Part shown: positions 15,283 to 20,000 of the stretch, one piece after another
Layout of the letters: each line of letters opens with the position of its first letter
Numbering within the stretch: the stretch's first letter is position 1
Source of the DNA: an uncultured virus (IMG/VR IMGVR_UViG_3300036715_000208)
Lineage: Duplodnaviria > Heunggongvirae > Uroviricota > Caudoviricetes
IMG/VR virus record: IMGVR_UViG_3300036715_000208
DNA length: 20,000 nt
Strand: one strand, 5' to 3'
Position numbers and translations under genes: made by a program
The notes under the pieces: model-generated
The model's database searches: none
What the model was told of the DNA's origin: nothing
The model's input: only the letters and a program-made list of their open reading frames with translations

Positions 15283-16683
15283 TTAGGCGTATGGGAATGA
15301 ACCAGAAGCGGTATTGAGAACTTCGCGGCTGAAGTTTGCACCAAGGTTGCAACGTATACCGTGACGTGCCTTAGCAGCGGTTACACCACCAGAACCAGCA
15401 CCAACTAGCCACGCGCTAAGAGTCATACCAGTAGTAGTACCAAATGAAGTTGGACCGTTAAATAGGTTTGCTAGAGCGGGACTTGATGGAGTTGCTGCTG
15501 CATAGTTAGCCTCAGTATCAATGCTAGCTGTGATAATCCAGTTTGCAGCGGTTGGCTTGACAAGCACTGCAGCACACTCTGGACGAAGAACACCAGTACC
15601 AGCCATCATGCTTGCAACGGTAAAGGTGGTGTTACGACGAATGTCATCAACAGTATCGACCTTTAGACCCTGAAACTTGAGAGAGGCAACCGCACTCTTC
15701 TGAAAGAGAAGACCACAGACACCACAATCACCGAAGGCAAGGTTGTAACGTGCTTCACCAATACCAGTGAAGTTTGAAGTTGGAAGGTGATTGCTCTTCA
15801 TGATCTTGACACCCATGTACTCAAGAGAATCAGTGATCTTATTAAGACCCTGAGTTAGGGCTGCACCAAGACCACCAGCCATTGCAACGCCACCAAACAT
15901 TGGTTGCATATTTGCAGCAACGGTATCTGTACGAGCAACACCAAGAGCACGAATGTCTTGGAATGCGCGTGGTTCTACTGCAAGGTAAACCCCATCGGAT
16001 GGAGCATTGATGGTCTGGAGGTATACAACAAAATCCTCGCAAGCCTTGAGTGCTAAAAGAGCCGCTGATGATCTATCTGCAATACTTGCAGATGATAGAC
16101 CAAGGTTGTAGAACATTGGTTCAAGGTATACTGGACCACACGGAATTGCGCGTGGATCGGCGGTTCCAACTGGAGAAATAGAGCCATTGTATGCAGTATT
16201 AAAGTTAAGATCCTCAGCAGCAGCACGTGCAATGTAAGCAGAGATCTGCTTGTCACGTGCGTTGCCAAGAGTCATACCAGCCTGACGCGCAAGCTCTGAT
16301 CGGAACTCCCACTGGGTCTGCATGAGGTCAACATTATCAATTTCAAAGTGAGCAGCGATTGGACGCTTGTCTAACTTGATTGCAATGGTTGCGGAAGTTG
16401 AGTCGGTGGTTGAACCAAGAAGCTCAACACCAGCGTTCCATGCAGCATTGAGGTTAACGGTTCCAGTAACTGGGAATTCCATAGCAACGCCGTTGCTGAT
16501 GGTCTTAGAGTCAACAAGTGACTCGAACATATTGTACTCATCGTAAGCGTGAATGGTTTCACCGCTCCAGATGGATAACCAGAGTTTGTTAGCTCCTGCG
16601 ATTGGTCCTGCTAGACCCAATGTTACGTCTGATCTGTACGGGAACTCTGCTGCTGTAATATTGTCGGCTGAATTAATAGCCAT
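15283..16683 (-). CDS. Major capsid protein, T7 gp10-like, with ~90-aa C-terminal extension
   Basis: LWLSIWSGETIHAY...KTISNG...EFPVTG, RSELARQAG..L....D, GVKIMKSNHLP and GTGVLRPECA align with gp10 motifs. Confidence 0.95.
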   Translation of the reverse strand: MAINSADNITAAEFPYRSDVTLGLAGPIAGANKLWLSIWSGETIHAYDEYNMFESLVDSKTISNGVAMEFPVTGTVNLNAAWNAGVELLGSTTDSTSATIAIKLDKRPIAAHFEIDNVDLMQTQWEFRSELARQAGMTLGNARDKQISAYIARAAAEDLNFNTAYNGSISPVGTADPRAIPCGPVYLEPMFYNLGLSSASIADRSSAALLALKACEDFVVYLQTINAPSDGVYLAVEPRAFQDIRALGVARTDTVAANMQPMFGGVAMAGGLGAALTQGLNKITDSLEYMGVKIMKSNHLPTSNFTGIGEARYNLAFGDCGVCGLLFQKSAVASLKFQGLKVDTVDDIRRNTTFTVASMMAGTGVLRPECAAVLVKPTAANWIITASIDTEANYAAATPSSPALANLFNGPTSFGTTTGMTLSAWLVGAGSGGVTAAKARHGIRCNLGANFSREVLNTASGSFPYA

Positions 16684-16695
16684 GTTCTATATCCT

Positions 16696-17583
16696 TTATC
16701 TGAGATTATTAAAATTAGTTCTAGACATCCGTAACTCTACGGCTTGTCTATATTTTGGATCTGTTGCAAAGCGTGGATCCGAACGCTGTGAGTAGAACTC
16801 AGCCTTACTGCCAAAGGGTAGGTTGTTGACATTAGTTGCCGAACCTTGTCCTACCTTGTTTGCAATTTGTTTTGCTGGTTCCTGAGATGTTACCTTACTA
16901 GCCTGAGCCGAATCATATTTCGACTTAAGACCAAGCAACGTAACTTCCCATGAAGGTGTTGCTAATGCGGTATTGATGGTGATCTGATCCTGCTGCGACA
17001 GGTTCTTACTAGCCCAATCAAATACACGGGCAAGGTTATCCCTGCCACCTACCGTATTAGCTGCCTCTGAATAGGCATTTTGCAAGCGGGCCTTCTGTCC
17101 CTGCATGAAGTCATCAATCACAAAGTCTGGGACATTTAGCTTCGACTTAATCTTGGAACGAGAATCTTCTGATAGATTGCCGTTCACGGTAAATTCAGTT
17201 GAATACTTTGCCCACTCTTCCTGAGTGAGTACATTCTCTACTGCTTGCGTAGATTGCTCCACTTCCTTTGGCTTGTCTGGGATCCGTAGTTCCTCTGGAA
17301 TCTTTGGAACTGATTGCTCCTGAGCTACGGGTTCAGCTGCTACTGGCTGTGGAATCTGTTGTTTAAGTTGTGAGATCTCCTGTCTTGCCTTGGTGTATTC
17401 ACCTTGAGCAGACTTGAGGGCTGTAAACCAATCACCAACAGACTTGAAATTGTCTGGTACTGGTACATTGTTTGCGTTTACGTGTATCTCAAAAGCCTGT
17501 GCCTCACGGGCAATGACGGGATCGGTATGAACCTCTGATTGTTCCACGTTCTGTGGAGTCGTTGGTTGTTGTTGTTCAGACAT
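16696..17583 (-). CDS. Capsid assembly scaffolding protein, T7 gp9-like
   Basis: Q/E/P-rich N-terminus; VGG.DN....DWA..NL; C-terminal DPRFATDPKYRQAVE matches gp9 'DPRY..D..YR..VE'; directly upstream of the capsid gene. Confidence 0.9.
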   Translation of the reverse strand: MSEQQQPTTPQNVEQSEVHTDPVIAREAQAFEIHVNANNVPVPDNFKSVGDWFTALKSAQGEYTKARQEISQLKQQIPQPVAAEPVAQEQSVPKIPEELRIPDKPKEVEQSTQAVENVLTQEEWAKYSTEFTVNGNLSEDSRSKIKSKLNVPDFVIDDFMQGQKARLQNAYSEAANTVGGRDNLARVFDWASKNLSQQDQITINTALATPSWEVTLLGLKSKYDSAQASKVTSQEPAKQIANKVGQGSATNVNNLPFGSKAEFYSQRSDPRFATDPKYRQAVELRMSRTNFNNLR

Positions 17584-17586
17584 TTA

Positions 17587-19296
17587 TTATCCTGTTGTTG
17601 TTATAATTACGGGAGCTGTATCGTTAAGATACCAGAACCCGCGAGTTGTTGCGGATACTGTTTGTGTTTCGTTTACACCATTAACCTGAAGAGTTACTGT
17701 TGTTACTCCGCTACCATTTACAAGATGCGGAGGAACAGTAACTCGCCATAGTTTCTGTCCTCTTAGTTGTCCACTTTGAATTTCACCACCACTAACACAA
17801 CCCTTCTCGTAGTTATCCTTTAGTTTAATTCTATCGGATATCTCTAATGAACTTGAGTTAGCATTTGAACATGGTTTAAATGTTCCGTTCTTTGAAATTC
17901 CCTTGATCTCTTTGAGACAAGCATGTAATGGTGCTGTATCAGTCTTTGCTGATTGAAAATATAAGAATGGGTTTGCACCACTCAATGCTGAGTGATAGAT
18001 CATCTCATTCCAGTATCTACTATCATATGCGTACTGACAAGCATCACCAGTATCAAGAGGGTGTCTTACCCACGGTCTAAAGCCATTCTCATTTTCTCGA
18101 ATGATTGATCTTATATTCTGCATATCCATAGTAAAAACCATATAGGTATTATTATTGTATGCGGTTACTCCAGATCCTGGTGCTTTGAATGAATATAAAT
18201 CTACATCTGTTGTGGGTGTAGTTACATATCCCCAAGTATATAAAGCAGCAAGAACACCGTATTGAACGGGTGATGGCACAACTTTAGGATCTCTGTGACA
18301 CAATCCACCAAGAAGTCCATAGTGAGTGTTATAATCTCGTAGATATTTCCACTCTTTGTATGTATTGTTTAGTGTATCATAGTTGGAATACTTACCAGTA
18401 AACCACGGCTTTGTAAATACTTGCTTATAGATATGCTCAACACGGTGTGTTTCAGCAACCTGTCTCATTGTTTTATCCCAAGAGTAATATGAGTTGGGAA
18501 CATTATAAGGAGAACCGCTTGCGTAATCTGTTGATGTTGTTCGTCCAATCCAGTTTGCCATGATTGTTGAAACAGTAGCAACTGTACCTGTTAAGTTGAA
18601 ATAAGTATCTGTTAGGATTTTACTCCATGACTTAGAACGTGTAAGATCTCCATGCGCGGTATCAGTAAACCTAGCATCTGCGGTAATAATTCCAATAAGA
18701 CGAGCATCTCCAGCTGTTTGCCATGCAGCTACAGTTCCTCCAGTTAATCGAACACCACCAAGACTCCAAGCAGACCATGACTCATAGTCATCTACAATGT
18801 TGCTGAACTGTGCGTTGGTCTTTTCAGCTTCTTCTATATAAGCCTTGAAATATTTCTTTGCATCTAGTGTTTGAGATGATGATGCATTATATTGGAATAC
18901 AGAATCCCAGTTAACACCAGAAATTTGAACATTAGTATTAGTATTGTTCTTATAATATGAGGAGTTATCTAGGTCGTTTCCACCAATGCCATCGTCTTGT
19001 AAGAAGTTAGGAAACAAAACACGCCTTGATTGTGGGATTCCGCGTAGTACTGCGAGGGAGTCGCTAATAGAAGTTGGTAGGGTAGGCAGTGTTGCATTGT
19101 CTGTGTATCTACGCCTTGTTCCAGCCAAGCTAGTGTCTTCTTTATAGAACATTCTAACTACTGGAACTATAGATTTATCGTTTGATGAAATTCCTCTGCC
19201 ATCCCATGCTGTACCCCATACTGCGTATGATGTAGAATCTTCTGGAAAGGAACTAGAATTCTGATGTGTTGTTGGTACGTATGTAATTCTTGGCAT
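17587..19296 (-). CDS. Hypothetical 569-aa protein, possible glycoside-hydrolase-like barrel with C-terminal beta domain
   Basis: Long ORF with AAGGA SD; W/Y/T-rich; NIVDDYESW, FRPWV, YWNEMIYHSALSGANPFLYF; no signal peptide. Function is inferred. Confidence 0.75.
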   Translation of the reverse strand: MPRITYVPTTHQNSSSFPEDSTSYAVWGTAWDGRGISSNDKSIVPVVRMFYKEDTSLAGTRRRYTDNATLPTLPTSISDSLAVLRGIPQSRRVLFPNFLQDDGIGGNDLDNSSYYKNNTNTNVQISGVNWDSVFQYNASSSQTLDAKKYFKAYIEEAEKTNAQFSNIVDDYESWSAWSLGGVRLTGGTVAAWQTAGDARLIGIITADARFTDTAHGDLTRSKSWSKILTDTYFNLTGTVATVSTIMANWIGRTTSTDYASGSPYNVPNSYYSWDKTMRQVAETHRVEHIYKQVFTKPWFTGKYSNYDTLNNTYKEWKYLRDYNTHYGLLGGLCHRDPKVVPSPVQYGVLAALYTWGYVTTPTTDVDLYSFKAPGSGVTAYNNNTYMVFTMDMQNIRSIIRENENGFRPWVRHPLDTGDACQYAYDSRYWNEMIYHSALSGANPFLYFQSAKTDTAPLHACLKEIKGISKNGTFKPCSNANSSSLEISDRIKLKDNYEKGCVSGGEIQSGQLRGQKLWRVTVPPHLVNGSGVTTVTLQVNGVNETQTVSATTRGFWYLNDTAPVIITTTG

Positions 19297-19304
19297 GTAG
19301 TTCC

Positions 19305-19958
19305 TTAGACTAAGATACTGTAGTTCATATTAAATGTATCTACAGGAGACCCGTTATTACTTAGGTTTGTTATTGTTACTAACTCTAAAGCACTGGCAAC
19401 TGTTGGGTATGGTGCTGTGTAACTATGATCACATTTAAATCTAACGTACTCACTAGGACTAACAATTAGATATGCTGGAAATAGATTTATTTTTGTATAT
19501 TGTTCTAGGACTGGACTAACTGTGGTTGCGGTAATAGGAGAAAAACTTCTCTTTACATATAAAGAAACAGCTTTAGATGTTCCAGATAGTTGTAATACAA
19601 TTGCATTACCCTGTAGTGTCATTCTTTGTGATGCTGAAATATATCCAAATCCTGGAGTAACTTGATCATACTCAACAGTAATATCTATCCAGTTTGGTGT
19701 AGTTATTGTTCTTAATCCAGGGGTTATAATTTCCTGAGGAACATTTAATATTCTTTCGTCTGGTCTTGAACAACCACACTTTGTTAATAGACCTTGTGCT
19801 GCAAGTTGTGCATCATCAATAGATGAATACCGTCCAGCATACTGTGACTTATTAACATACAGAATAACATTTGTTGCTGGTGAATTATCCATGACATAGG
19901 TTAGCCGCTGAACCTGTTTAATGTGGTTCATCGTACCTGAGATTCCTTGAATACTCAT
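19305..19958 (-). CDS. Hypothetical 217-aa protein (beta-rich C-terminal domain, possibly structural)
   Basis: GGAGG SD and ATGA overlap with the upstream stop; alternating hydrophobic strand pattern in the C-terminal half. Confidence 0.7.
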   Translation of the reverse strand: MSIQGISGTMNHIKQVQRLTYVMDNSPATNVILYVNKSQYAGRYSSIDDAQLAAQGLLTKCGCSRPDERILNVPQEIITPGLRTITTPNWIDITVEYDQVTPGFGYISASQRMTLQGNAIVLQLSGTSKAVSLYVKRSFSPITATTVSPVLEQYTKINLFPAYLIVSPSEYVRFKCDHSYTAPYPTVASALELVTITNLSNNGSPVDTFNMNYSILV

Positions 19959-19999
19959 TGTTGCATTCCTCCAGTTATCTGAGATAGGTCAATACCCTG
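19955..19999 (-). CDS. C-terminal end of upstream gene (...QGIDLSQITGGMQQ*), probably the portal (gp8-like)
   Basis: Open frame ending in TGA at 19957-19955 overlapping the next ATG. Portal identity rests only on synteny and the Q-rich tail. Confidence 0.35.
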   Translation of the reverse strand, partial: QGIDLSQITGGMQQ

Positions 20000-20000
20000 T

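Noticed and set aside
15093..15344. 83-aa minus-strand ORF overlapping the capsid end, as a possible gp10B-type frameshift extension
   Set aside because: No evident slippery heptamer near the capsid stop, and the frame runs through the terminator and hairpins with non-protein-like composition.
3108..16562. Short minus-strand out-of-frame ORFs nested in larger genes (3108-3290, 10892-11125, 15842-16042, 16053-16268, 16371-16562)
   Set aside because: Alternative-frame by-products of codon bias, with no lipobox or other motif supporting overprinting.
16684..16695. Phage RNA-polymerase promoter upstream of the capsid gene (T7 phi10 equivalent)
   Set aside because: The gap is only 12 nt and holds just the SD; I found no repeated ~20-bp promoter motif by eye, though a motif search could still reveal one.
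51..17751. All plus-strand ORFs in the track (e.g. 51-269, 266-487, 5166-5543, 8658-8993, 10154-10507, 17539-17751)
   Set aside because: They lie antisense to well-supported minus-strand genes and show no recognisable motifs; they are shadow ORFs.

Overview
The window is the virion-structure, lysis and packaging region of a T7-like (Autographiviridae-type) podophage, with every credible gene on the minus strand and tightly packed. In transcription order (right to left): the C-terminal tail of an upstream gene (probably the portal), two inserted unknown genes (217 and 569 aa), scaffold, major capsid with a long C-terminal extension, a structured 3' UTR and terminator, tail tubular A and B, a gp17-like fibre adaptor, a fibre protein, a holin-like gene and a lipoprotein with a TM helix (spanin-like), a 92-aa protein, a 1129-aa mosaic fibre, two further unknown proteins, four small membrane or basic ORFs, terminase small subunit, a ~210-nt GC-rich structured element, and terminase large subunit (truncated at the window edge, missing from the ORF track). 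The most striking feature is the element between terS and terL (1301-1510). It folds into several G-U-containing stems, encodes a 33-aa hydrophobic peptide whose Shine-Dalgarno can be sequestered by a local and by a long-range pairing, and ends in an intrinsic terminator directly in front of the terL RBS. This resembles a type I toxin mRNA or an attenuator. No homologues of T7 internal virion proteins and no endolysin are recognisable in the window. All calls come from manual reading and recalled motifs; no searches or folding programs were run.
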